Shown in pieces: positions 40,954 to 51,023 of a stretch of DNA of 64,000 nucleotides; the first letter of the stretch is position 1, and each line of letters begins with the position of its first letter. This DNA is from Coleofasciculus sp. B1-GNL1-01. Lineage in GTDB: Bacteria > Cyanobacteriota > Cyanobacteriia > Cyanobacteriales > Coleofasciculaceae. Position numbers and translations under genes: made by a program. The stretch is taken from the NCBI GenBank assembly GCA_040220235.1, contig JAVJTO010000017.1. One strand, given 5' to 3'. The notes beneath the pieces were generated by a model that was not told the origin of the DNA, did no database searches, and was given only the letters and a program-made list of their open reading frames with translations.

Positions 40954-42030
40954 TCAGTAGTCTTGATCATCCCCAGGCTCAGCATTAGCCGCCTGGAGTA
41001 GTTGAAATTGCCGCCGAATCAACCGCTGCACGGCAATGATTGCGGGATTGACTTCCACATAGCGACGCTGGGGATTTGCCAGATAGGTTCGCTGCTCACT
41101 TTCCATCATTTCAATATCTTGATTGAGAAATCGCATAAATACAAACCGTTCCAGTATGGTAGACAAGAGGGGGTCGAATAGCTTACGGAACCATGGGGGT
41201 AGGGGAACCTTGAAAAAGAATAGAGCAAAGGAGCGACTTTCCGTTAATCCGATGGGGAGGCGCATCAGGTAGAGGTTAGAGACGCCTTCTAGAGAACTGT
41301 AATAATGGGGATAGCGATACTGTACCGATATCGTGCGCCGAGTCACTTGATCCGCGCGATCGCTTAACCCTAACCATTGAGCCATACGCCCTTTATAGGA
41401 GACATCGTACTCCGCACAGACGGTATTTTCCGTTTCCTGCAACCGCTTGAGAACTGGATCAAACCATCCTTGCAGGTTTTGGTGCAAAAATCCATGAAAA
41501 ACATCCATGGAATTTTCATTACAGATAGAAAAATGAGACTTCATCCTGGCACTCACGGGAACCATAAACCAGTCCGGATGGTCAAATTCTGGCATATCTG
41601 GCGGTTGACAGGTTTTGGCTAAGGTAGGATCTCCAGGAAAGATCCAAATCAGCTTGTATTTTTCCTGAATCGGATAAGTACGGACTTGAGCGCAGGGTAG
41701 TTTCTGTTCTGGGGGAAAGTAGGGAATGCCTACACACTTTCCTGCACCATCAAACTGCCAGCCATGATAAGGACAGGCTAAATACTCATCTTGAACAATG
41801 CCTTTATGCAGTTCTACACCTTTGTGAGGACAAGCATTTTCTAACGCATGGAGTTGACCGATGGGAGTCCGGTAAACGGCGAGCGATTGTTGCCAAATCT
41901 TGACAGGTAAGATTTTACCCGGTTGGATTTGATTTGCCCAAGCCACGGGATACCAGTAGTTAGGGTTAATCCCTACTTCTCTAATCACGTTTTGCACGTT
42001 TTGGCTAGTTAGCGTTGTCGCCAGTTCCAT
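40954..42030 (-). CDS. Rieske non-heme iron oxygenase
   Basis: CPH...CPYHGW Rieske motif; ENSMDVFH..LH iron site; QD..MME. Confidence 0.9.
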   Translation of the reverse strand: MELATTLTSQNVQNVIREVGINPNYWYPVAWANQIQPGKILPVKIWQQSLAVYRTPIGQLHALENACPHKGVELHKGIVQDEYLACPYHGWQFDGAGKCVGIPYFPPEQKLPCAQVRTYPIQEKYKLIWIFPGDPTLAKTCQPPDMPEFDHPDWFMVPVSARMKSHFSICNENSMDVFHGFLHQNLQGWFDPVLKRLQETENTVCAEYDVSYKGRMAQWLGLSDRADQVTRRTISVQYRYPHYYSSLEGVSNLYLMRLPIGLTESRSFALFFFKVPLPPWFRKLFDPLLSTILERFVFMRFLNQDIEMMESEQRTYLANPQRRYVEVNPAIIAVQRLIRRQFQLLQAANAEPGDDQDY

Positions 42031-42184
42031 ATCGGAGCCTCTGTTGTCGATTGACCATATTTATCTTGTAATTTTTTAGGAGTCAATGCATTGGATCGTC
42101 ATTCGTCTTATGTCATTCGTCTTATGTCTCCCCTGGCTTGGAGCCTTCTGCTATAGTTGTCAAAATATTTAGGTATTTTAAGTT

Positions 42185-43333
42185 ATGTTACGTGATCCTC
42201 GGCTGTTAGTGCTGCTAGTCGCTGGCTCTCTCACCACCATGGCGGGGGGAGTGGTGGCACCAATTTTGCCAGAGATGATCCAGCAACTTAACCTTGATCC
42301 GGCATTAGCAGGAAATTTGGTCAGCCTGCATTGCCTAACCATTGCCCTATTTAGTCCACCGTTAGGAATCGTGGCAGATCGGATAGGGCATCTGCGGGTG
42401 CTGATCCCGTCATTAGTTCTCTACGCCTTATTTGGCGTAGCTGGTGCCTTCATGCACTCACTGATACCGTTGTTAGTTGTGCGGGGGTTATTGGGTGCTG
42501 CGAGTGGCGGAATTGCGGCGGCGGGTTTGGGCATCTTGGGGAACATGTATGAAGGCGAAGCGCGATCGCAGGCGTTGGGATACGCAACCAGTACCCTAAC
42601 TATTATGGGCATTGCTTTTCCCCTACTTGGGGGTTGGGTGGGTTCATTTCACTGGCAATGGGCATTTGGTCTGTATGGGATAGGACTACCTCTAGCAATC
42701 TTAGCCGCACAGTTCTTACCGGAAAAATCCTCCCCAAAAACCAAGGCAGACACTAAAGATGCTGGAAGTAAACTGCGCCAGGTTTTAGGACGCCCCTACA
42801 CCCTACGCCTCTTATCCACACTCTGTTTAGTATCCATTGCCATGTACGCGGTGGTCATTTATGCCCCGCAATATCTCAAACAAACCATTGACGCCACAAG
42901 CGTGGTGAATGGAATTGTTTTAGCATCACGGGCAATAGGCGCAGCCATTATATCAGCATTTGGCGCGAAAAAGCTTGCCCAGCGCTGGGGACGACCTACA
43001 ACTGTTGCGATCGGGTTAGGTCTGATGGCGTTAACTTTAAGTACGATTCCCATCCTGCACCAACTGGGTTGGATTTTGGTGACGGCTGTATTCTTTGGTA
43101 TGGGATTTGGTTTGGTACTTCCCACCCTTTACGGCACTCTGGCGAATCTAGCTCCTCCAGACCTGAAATCCAGTGTACTAGCGGCTGGGACAGGTGCGGG
43201 GTTTTTGGGACAGTTTATATCTCCTATCCTGTTAGGACCCGTGTTAGCGTCCTGCGGTTTAGAGTGGGTGTTCTATGCGGCGGCAGTTGTGGCACTATTG
43301 GCAGGATTGTTGCTATTTGCTCATAAGCCATAA
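42185..43333 (+). CDS. MFS transporter
   Basis: About 12 TM segments; GIVADRIG motif A. Confidence 0.9.
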   Translation: MLRDPRLLVLLVAGSLTTMAGGVVAPILPEMIQQLNLDPALAGNLVSLHCLTIALFSPPLGIVADRIGHLRVLIPSLVLYALFGVAGAFMHSLIPLLVVRGLLGAASGGIAAAGLGILGNMYEGEARSQALGYATSTLTIMGIAFPLLGGWVGSFHWQWAFGLYGIGLPLAILAAQFLPEKSSPKTKADTKDAGSKLRQVLGRPYTLRLLSTLCLVSIAMYAVVIYAPQYLKQTIDATSVVNGIVLASRAIGAAIISAFGAKKLAQRWGRPTTVAIGLGLMALTLSTIPILHQLGWILVTAVFFGMGFGLVLPTLYGTLANLAPPDLKSSVLAAGTGAGFLGQFISPILLGPVLASCGLEWVFYAAAVVALLAGLLLFAHKP

Positions 43334-43763
43334 ATCATTGATCCGGGAATAGGGAACACCTCGGCTTCGCTCGGTGTGTAACAGGGAACAGGGAACAGGG
43401 CATTTCACTATTATCGTTTTGTTCTCACCCTGATCTAACTAAACCAGCCCCAACGCTAAGTTGCTGCTTTACTTCCCCTTTAAACTATCTACCAATTCTT
43501 AAAGATTTGAGTAATCTAGACGTGAACATCTATCTTCCTGGTTAAAAATTGGATACGATTACATAAACACAGGAATCATAAACATTTAAGGGACAAAAAT
43601 CATCTGAGTTTAATCTCGTTAGAGTTAATTATTCCTTAGATTTTGTCCACCTAAGTATCTGCCTTATCTTTATCCAATTCCGACCAGGACTTGCCCTTAG
43701 AGGTGTATCGTGCATCAATCCCCAATTTATTTCTCAGACACCTAAACTGTTCCTTTCAATGGA

Positions 43764-44663
43764 TTGCAAGATATACCTAAAATGATGTTCATTGATGTTG
43801 TTTCTAATCCTACCGCAGGTATTGAGTTTAACTCCTTTCAAAAAGGTAATAATTACTTAAACCGTATTTGTCGTTTTATTCTTGCCAAGAAAATTGGCAA
43901 GATGAAGATAAGTGATATTCAGGCTCAATCTCAAATTTCAATTTTCCAGGATATTGATTTTACCGAGACTATTCACTCACTGAAACACAACGGAATTTAT
44001 CAAAACCTTAACCTCCCTGCACCGATTATCCAAGAAATCCGAGACTTGGCACTGACAAATACTTGCCATGACCCCAATAATCCCCAATTCAGTTTTTCAG
44101 TCTCGGAAAAAGAAGAAGTGATGAGGCAGACTGGAAAACCATTAGTTAGGGGAATTTACAACAAAAGTCTAGTGTCATGTCCAGCCATCAAAAAATTAGA
44201 AACTGATTCAACATTATTAGCAATTGCTGCTACATACCTCAACGCCGAACCCATTCACCAAGACACTCAGCTTTGGTGGAGTTTTGCCGTAGAGTCAACT
44301 CTGTATGAACGACGCCAAGAGGCTCAGCGGTTTTATCGAGCCGCGAATAACCCGCGTAGTTTGACCTTTTACTTTTATCTAACCGATGTAGATTTGTGCA
44401 GTAATCCTCATGTTTGCGTGCTGGAGAGTCACCGAAAGAAAACTCTTGCCTCTCGGTTTTTGCGTAAAGACCATTCACTCCGAGAAATTAGCCAGTATTA
44501 TGGTTATCCCAATATAACCTCTATTTGTGGTAAAGCAGGTTTTGGATTTGTAGAAGATGCCCGTTGCTTTCGCAAAAAAAGCTCTCCCAGCAGTAACGAT
44601 CGCTTAACCTTGGAACTCAAATTTACCGCTCAACCGCGACCTAAACGCAAAACATTACCTTAA
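43764..44663 (+). CDS. PhyH/2OG-Fe(II) dioxygenase-fold protein with degenerate metal ligands (start uncertain)
   Basis: LWWSF, FYFYLTDVD, PHVCV..SH, GFGFVED, DRL blocks. Confidence 0.55.
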   Translation: MQDIPKMMFIDVVSNPTAGIEFNSFQKGNNYLNRICRFILAKKIGKMKISDIQAQSQISIFQDIDFTETIHSLKHNGIYQNLNLPAPIIQEIRDLALTNTCHDPNNPQFSFSVSEKEEVMRQTGKPLVRGIYNKSLVSCPAIKKLETDSTLLAIAATYLNAEPIHQDTQLWWSFAVESTLYERRQEAQRFYRAANNPRSLTFYFYLTDVDLCSNPHVCVLESHRKKTLASRFLRKDHSLREISQYYGYPNITSICGKAGFGFVEDARCFRKKSSPSSNDRLTLELKFTAQPRPKRKTLP

Positions 44664-44684
44664 CAGAAGATTAAAACTATTGCC

Positions 44685-44787
44685 TAAGCTGTCATGCATT
44701 TAAATTGGGAATGGGTAGCGAGCAAGATGCTCGCACTACAAGGATTTCGCCATTATTGATATTAAGGTTTAAATGCCGAACAGCTTA
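44685..44787. mobile_element. MITE-like element (copy of 38919-39042 without its 26-nt insert)
   Basis: TAAGCTGT.../...ACAGCTTA inverted ends. Confidence 0.75.
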
Positions 44788-45049
44788 TTACCTATTCCCT
44801 CTCCCCACCACCAGACTTATTCAGCAAGCTCTACTTAGGGCTTGCTGCATGAGCGTGGAAGCTAGACCAGATAAGGGTTTTAAGCCATTTTTCTACCCAA
44901 CAAGTGCAAGGTTTTTACACTATAACCGTCAAAACCCTGGAATTTGTGCCTCCGCCAACGCCAAATTTTCCCTCGACAGAGGCTTGAAACCATTGCCCAT
45001 TGCCTATTCCCTATTGCCTCTCCCCACCACAAGACTTATTCAGCAACCC

Positions 45050-46411
45050 CTACTTAGACATGGACTCTCGAAACTGAGACAAAACCCGATCCAAACCCAC
45101 AGAACGTGAGGCTTTGAACAGTAAGCGATCGCCAGGTTGAACAAATTCCTGTAAATACTGCACCAAGGCGTCATCCTGGGCAAAACCTTTGCTGGGTAAC
45201 GTTGAGAGTCCCCTAGTAATGGCTTCGGCTTCCTGATCCTTAAGAGTAATCAAGACTGTATCTAAGTTGAGTTGCTGGGCTTTCTGTCCAACTTGTTGGT
45301 GCAGTCGTTCCGAATGGTTTCCTAATTCCTTCATCGAGCCCAAAATAGCAATGTGTCGCTTACCCGGCGTCTGGGCAAGGAGTTGTAACGCCGCGATCAT
45401 GGCTTCAAATCCAGCATTATAGGTTTCATCAAGAATCACGATATCATTAGGCAACTCATAGCGTTGCGATCGCCCCCCAGACATCTGAACCGATAATCCT
45501 TGACTCAAGGGTGTCCAATCAATCTGGAGATGTTTCGCCACGGCTAGGGCGGCTAAATAGTTGAGGGCATTATGTTCCCCCGGTAAGGGTAAGGGAAATG
45601 TGATACCATCCACCATTAGCCTAAACAAGTCAATGAGTTTCCCCTGAACATCACCCCCGTTTAAGCCAAACGTCAATGTTTCCCCTTGCCAAACCGTAGC
45701 CGCCGTATCCATTAAGCGTTGATTATCATGATTGAGAATCGCCAAGCTTGTATCTGGCATCTGCGCCAATAACTCACACTTTGCCTGTGCGATCGCATCC
45801 TCCGATCCTAAAAGTCCAATATGCGCCGTCCCCACATTCGTAATCACGCCGATCATCGGACGGGCAATTTGGGTCAATAGGGCAATTTGCCCAGAACCCC
45901 GCATCGCCATTTCAATCACAGCATAATCATGGTTGGAGTCTAATTCCAGCAATGTTTTTGGCACACCAATCTCATTATTGTAATTCGCCTGGGTTTTCAG
46001 GACATTACCCTGAGTAGACAAAACCGCCGCGATTAATTCCTTCGTCGTCGTTTTTCCCGCAGAACCCGTAACCGCAATTACAGGAATATCAAACTGATCG
46101 CGCCACCATCGAGCCAGTTGCTGATATGCCTGTAGAGTATCATCGACTTGAAGCTGGGGTATGCCTTGAAGATGATACCCTTGGTCACGGTTGGCAATCA
46201 CCGCGATCGCCCCTTTCTCAATCGCTACCTCAGCGTAATCATGTCCATCAAAGGTTTCTCCCCGCAGCGCTAGAAAGATTTGACCCGGTTCTAGGCTACG
46301 GGTATCGGTTGTAATACCAAAGACCTCCTGACTAGACATTGGTACTGACAGATTAACCGGAGTAGCCGCGAGAACTTCGATGAATTGGGTTAAAGAAATC
46401 TGACAAGGCAT
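45050..46411 (-). CDS. murF: UDP-MurNAc-tripeptide--D-Ala-D-Ala ligase
   Basis: DTR, FDGHDY, VTGSAGKTTTKE, NNEIGVP, DETYNA, LFKASR. Confidence 0.96.
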   Translation of the reverse strand: MPCQISLTQFIEVLAATPVNLSVPMSSQEVFGITTDTRSLEPGQIFLALRGETFDGHDYAEVAIEKGAIAVIANRDQGYHLQGIPQLQVDDTLQAYQQLARWWRDQFDIPVIAVTGSAGKTTTKELIAAVLSTQGNVLKTQANYNNEIGVPKTLLELDSNHDYAVIEMAMRGSGQIALLTQIARPMIGVITNVGTAHIGLLGSEDAIAQAKCELLAQMPDTSLAILNHDNQRLMDTAATVWQGETLTFGLNGGDVQGKLIDLFRLMVDGITFPLPLPGEHNALNYLAALAVAKHLQIDWTPLSQGLSVQMSGGRSQRYELPNDIVILDETYNAGFEAMIAALQLLAQTPGKRHIAILGSMKELGNHSERLHQQVGQKAQQLNLDTVLITLKDQEAEAITRGLSTLPSKGFAQDDALVQYLQEFVQPGDRLLFKASRSVGLDRVLSQFRESMSK

Positions 46412-46808
46412 AATTCCAGGGTGGTGAATAGGTTGTGGCTAGTTGTGGTGATGGGAGTGAGCGAGCCACACTCATCCCCTACCCAATTTCTGACTGATTC
46501 AAAAACTCAAGGATCTTTATAATCTATATAAATGAGTGTTTTATGCCATATTCACTGAATCTTTACAATTTTGCTGCATAATTTTACAGTATGATCCATA
46601 CTTAGTTTAGTATGCTTGTATATAGAGATAATATAGTTTATTAGATTTAAGCAACTCTTGACCAAGCTCGTTTAGGCGGGGTAATTCATAAAATGCATCA
46701 GGGTTTTCGGTTGTTGAGATACAGGGCAAGTCAAATTTGAGCTTAGATCTGCCAAATTTCATTCAAATCAACCAGCCCACGGCGTTTGCGCGTAGGGGGT
46801 AAACTGAA

Positions 46809-48083
46809 GTGAATACTAGTACTTGGACAGACTCTGACATCAGACAAACTAGCTCACAAGAGCAGCAACTGTACGACCATCTCCTGTATTGCGTACAGGT
46901 AGAATCTCCGACGCAGACGCTTGAACGCTTCAAACAGCTATTCATGGACGGCTCTCGATATGCAGAGCCGGAAATCTGGATGGTCTTGGAAAAGCTGGCA
47001 ATGGATAAGCAGGCTGAGCAAGATTTCAAGTTTATCCTAAATCGTTGCTGTCACATTCTGATTAACCGCTGGCAAATACAACCGCAACACCAAAGTGCCA
47101 TCCCTGAATTGGTCGCATTACTGGATAATATTCCACCCGCAACCGGGGTTTATTCTCGCGGTTCTAGGCGTCTGCGACATCTGCTACAGCTTTTTAAAGA
47201 AACCGACCAATATCTTACCCTACATCGCTTATCTCAGGTAGTCGGTGAAACATCCACCAGTTCTAAAGAAGTCGGACCTCTAATTCAGCGATACCCCTAT
47301 TTGTACGAACACTGTTTGCTGAGTGAAGACAGCAGTTATGAACATCAACAAACCGTCCGGCAAATTCAATCCCGGCTTCAGCAGCGCTTCGAGCTAGATT
47401 TGTCAAAGTACGTGACTTATCAGGTGCGATGCGCCAAAATGAAGCGACAGGACTCGAAAGACGCTTCGACTAAAATTATCCAACCTGTCAAAAATCCCAC
47501 CCTTCTAACGGATCATGAACTGGGGACTGCCCTAAAACAGTTTGTCGGCAAAGTTCAAGGCTCTCATACGTGCCGGGATCTGGCTCAAAGTTTCCTCACC
47601 CATAGCAGCCAGACTCCTTGCTACAAAGACTTTAAGGACGATTTGTATGAGTATCTGACAGCTTCCATTGATTCAGCCTATGGCAAACGCCAATTTAATA
47701 GTCGGTTGTATGAGCATCTGAACAATACCTTACCTCAAAGCGATAATCAGAAGCCCAGCGAATTTCTGATTTTGCGAACCTGTAGCCAGTTATTAAATTT
47801 TCTGGTTGTTGAGAGTTCTCAGCGACCGAAGCATTTTGTTTTTGTTGATCTGATCACGAATTTAGGCGCAACAGTTACTACCGTGTTGTTACTTAAGATT
47901 GTGCTGCTGTGTCGTAAAGTTAAGCCCTATTTAGAGAAGCGATTTTCTATTTTGTTTAACCATTACGAGTCTTCTACGAGAGACGGTGTACCCTGGTTAA
48001 TTAAGTCTCTGGAAAATTTAAATGTTGCGTTTAGTATTCATTTTGGTAGAGCTGACGTGTCCTGCCTGAATCAAATTATGTAA
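46809..48083 (+). CDS. Hypothetical protein
   Basis: Long ORF (LNRCCHILINRW, RYPYLYEHCLL); no function recognised. Confidence 0.75.
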   Translation: MNTSTWTDSDIRQTSSQEQQLYDHLLYCVQVESPTQTLERFKQLFMDGSRYAEPEIWMVLEKLAMDKQAEQDFKFILNRCCHILINRWQIQPQHQSAIPELVALLDNIPPATGVYSRGSRRLRHLLQLFKETDQYLTLHRLSQVVGETSTSSKEVGPLIQRYPYLYEHCLLSEDSSYEHQQTVRQIQSRLQQRFELDLSKYVTYQVRCAKMKRQDSKDASTKIIQPVKNPTLLTDHELGTALKQFVGKVQGSHTCRDLAQSFLTHSSQTPCYKDFKDDLYEYLTASIDSAYGKRQFNSRLYEHLNNTLPQSDNQKPSEFLILRTCSQLLNFLVVESSQRPKHFVFVDLITNLGATVTTVLLLKIVLLCRKVKPYLEKRFSILFNHYESSTRDGVPWLIKSLENLNVAFSIHFGRADVSCLNQIM

Positions 48084-48238
48084 ATTGGTCATTGGTCATT
48101 GGTCATTTGTCATTTGTCATTTGTCATTCGTTAATTCAAAACCAGGTTCCCTTGAGCGAAGTCAAGTCGGACGGGTTTAGTCACATCTGGGTGTAAAGGA
48201 AACGATAGTAGTGAAACCCGCCCCTACACACTCAACAC

Positions 48239-49687
48239 TCAATTCCGATGCCAACGAGTGACACCACCGGATTGATCAATCAGCGTAATTCCTTGGGCTT
48301 TCAGTTCATCCCGAATGCGATCGCTCATCTCAAAATCCTTCCGTTTCCGCGCCTCGGTACGTTGCTGAATCAGTGCTTCAATTTCTGCATCACTTAATCC
48401 ACTCGTCGATTCCTGACTAATGTCCTCCCCTTGCGCCTCAAGTCCAAACACCCGCGCCAGTTCTACTAAAGTATGCCATTGTGCCTCTAACTCCTGGGGC
48501 GATGTTCGGGTTTTCCCTTCATGCACCAAAATATTCCCCTCACGCCCCAATTCTTTTGCCAATTCAAATAATACAGCTAACCCTTCGGCGAAATTGAAAT
48601 CATCATCAACAGCAGTTTGAAACCGTTCTACCGCCGTCGTTTGCCGTTTATCTGAGTCTTGCCACCCCAGTTGTTCACCATACTGAACGCCAAACAGCAA
48701 TCCCTCCTTCAGCGTATGCCACCCATTCGTCGCCGCCGCCAACGCCTCATCGGTAAAATCTAAGGGCTTGCGATACTGTGCCTGGAGGACAAACAACCGT
48801 ACCGCCATCGGATCAGTGGGGCGATCGAGTAAATCCCGAATGGTGATAAAATTCCCCAAGGATTTGGACATCTTCTCCCCATTCACAATCACCATCCCTG
48901 TATGTAACCAGTAACGCGCCAAGGGTTGACCCGTCACCGCTTCTGATTGGGCAATTTCATTCTCGTGGTGGGGAAAAATTAAATCCGATCCCCCCGCATG
49001 AATATCCACCGTGTCCCCCAAATTGTCCCGAATCATCGCCGAACACTCAATATGCCAGCCCGGACGTCCCGCCCCCCACGGCGATTCCCAGGCAGGTTCT
49101 CCGGGCTTAGAACCCTTCCACAGGGCAAAATCAAAAGCGTCCTTTTTCTTAGCCGCCTCTGTATCCGCTACCTCAACTCGCCCACTCGCCCCCGCTTGCA
49201 ACTCCTCTAACTTTCGTCCCGACAACTTGCCATACTCCCCAAAACGACGCACAGCATAGTAAACATCTCCAGCGGCGGGGTAAGCGTAATTTTTCTGTTC
49301 TAAATCATAAATGAGTCGCTTAATCCCATCCAGGCAATGCGTCGCCCGAGGATAGGCATCAGCATCCTTCACATTCAGCCGCGCCATATCCTCAAAATAC
49401 GCCTGAATGAAGCGTTCCGAGACAGCCTCCATCGAGGTTCCCTCTTGTCGCGCCCGATTCAGGATTTTATCGTCAATATCGGTAAAATTCTGTACGTAGT
49501 TCACATCATAGCCACGCCATTGTAAATAACGACGGGCAGTATCCCAGATAATGCAGGTTCTAGCATGACCCAAATGGCAATAGTCATAAGCGGTGATGCC
49601 GCAGCAATACATCCGCACCTTACCCGTCTCTACAGGGGAAAACGGTTCTTTACGACGGGTGAGTGTGTTGTACAGGGTTAGGGTCAT
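48239..49687 (-). CDS. cysS: Cysteine--tRNA ligase
   Basis: HLGH, GRPGWHIECSAM, FPHHENE, KMSKS. Confidence 0.98.
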   Translation of the reverse strand: MTLTLYNTLTRRKEPFSPVETGKVRMYCCGITAYDYCHLGHARTCIIWDTARRYLQWRGYDVNYVQNFTDIDDKILNRARQEGTSMEAVSERFIQAYFEDMARLNVKDADAYPRATHCLDGIKRLIYDLEQKNYAYPAAGDVYYAVRRFGEYGKLSGRKLEELQAGASGRVEVADTEAAKKKDAFDFALWKGSKPGEPAWESPWGAGRPGWHIECSAMIRDNLGDTVDIHAGGSDLIFPHHENEIAQSEAVTGQPLARYWLHTGMVIVNGEKMSKSLGNFITIRDLLDRPTDPMAVRLFVLQAQYRKPLDFTDEALAAATNGWHTLKEGLLFGVQYGEQLGWQDSDKRQTTAVERFQTAVDDDFNFAEGLAVLFELAKELGREGNILVHEGKTRTSPQELEAQWHTLVELARVFGLEAQGEDISQESTSGLSDAEIEALIQQRTEARKRKDFEMSDRIRDELKAQGITLIDQSGGVTRWHRN

Positions 49688-49838
49688 GGCACAAGAACAG
49701 TAAACTCAGTTGGGAACAGATACGCAATAATGGGAAAGGATTGGCAGATCCAGCGTACAGGTTGATGCTTGGTTTAACCACATCTGTACGTTATCTTCCT
49801 ATATTCTGACGTTTAAATACAGTTCAACATAGCGCCTT

Positions 49839-50945
49839 ATGCAATCAGTCACAACTCAGTCTGCATCCGACCCAACCATGGACGCAGCGATACATGGCTT
49901 ACCTGTCACGATTATTACAGGATTTCTCGGCAGTGGCAAAACGACGCTGCTTAATCATATCTTGAGCAACCAAGACGGTGTCAAGACTGCCGTTTTAGTC
50001 AATGAGTTTGGCGAAATTGGCATTGATAATGAACTCATTGTCACCACCGGGGATGACATGGTGGAACTGAGTAATGGTTGTATTTGCTGCACCATTAATG
50101 AAGATTTAGTCAATGCTATTTACAAGGTACTGGAACGGGAGGATAAGGTGGATTACCTGGTGGTGGAAACCACAGGATTAGCTGATCCCCTACCCGTCGC
50201 CCTCACGTTTCTAGGAACCGAACTGCGAGACATGACGCGCCTCGATTCCATCGTTACTGTGGTAGACTGCGAGAATTTCAGTTTGGATCTATTCAATAGC
50301 GAAGCGGCATATAGTCAAATTGCTTACGGCGATATCATTCTGCTGAATAAAATCGACTTAGTTGATGAGGCAGATGTAGACGCCTTGGAGGTGAGAATTC
50401 GCGAAATTAAAGAAGGAGCGAGGATTATTCGCACCACTCAATCCCAAGTGCCATTACCATTGATTTTAAGTGTAGGATTGTTTGAGTCAGATCGGTATTT
50501 TGAGGAATCATCGGCTCATGACCATGATCATCACCATGATCATGATCATCACCATGACCACGATTGCGATCATGACCATCACGATCATGAACATCATCAC
50601 GATCATGATCACTCCCATCACTTAGAAAATGATGGATTTACCTCGATTTCCTTCCAGAGTGATAAACCCTTCAACATCCGGAAGTTTCAATATTTCTTAG
50701 ACAATCAACTGACAACGAATATTTTCCGGGCTAAGGGAATTCTCTGGTTTGATGAGAGTCCAAACCGCCACATTTTCCACCTCAGTGGTAAGCGGTTTAA
50801 TATCGAAGATGATCAGTGGAAAGGGGACAAGAGAAATCAATTGGTGCTAATTGGTCAAGATTTAGACCATGATAAGTTGTACAAGCAACTTGAGAGTTGT
50901 CTTTGTTTACCCTCGGAAAATCGAGGTAAAGGATTTGGGACTTAA
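49839..50945 (+). CDS. CobW/COG0523 metallochaperone GTPase with His-rich linker
   Basis: GFLGSGKTT, NEFG, GCICC, ETTG, NKID, (HD)n tract. Confidence 0.93.
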   Translation: MQSVTTQSASDPTMDAAIHGLPVTIITGFLGSGKTTLLNHILSNQDGVKTAVLVNEFGEIGIDNELIVTTGDDMVELSNGCICCTINEDLVNAIYKVLEREDKVDYLVVETTGLADPLPVALTFLGTELRDMTRLDSIVTVVDCENFSLDLFNSEAAYSQIAYGDIILLNKIDLVDEADVDALEVRIREIKEGARIIRTTQSQVPLPLILSVGLFESDRYFEESSAHDHDHHHDHDHHHDHDCDHDHHDHEHHHDHDHSHHLENDGFTSISFQSDKPFNIRKFQYFLDNQLTTNIFRAKGILWFDESPNRHIFHLSGKRFNIEDDQWKGDKRNQLVLIGQDLDHDKLYKQLESCLCLPSENRGKGFGT

Positions 50946-51023
50946 ACGAACTATTGTAGAGACGCCCCATGGCGCGTCTCTACGGTTCCCTGTTCCCTGT
51001 TCCCTCCCCTCACCGACTCTATA

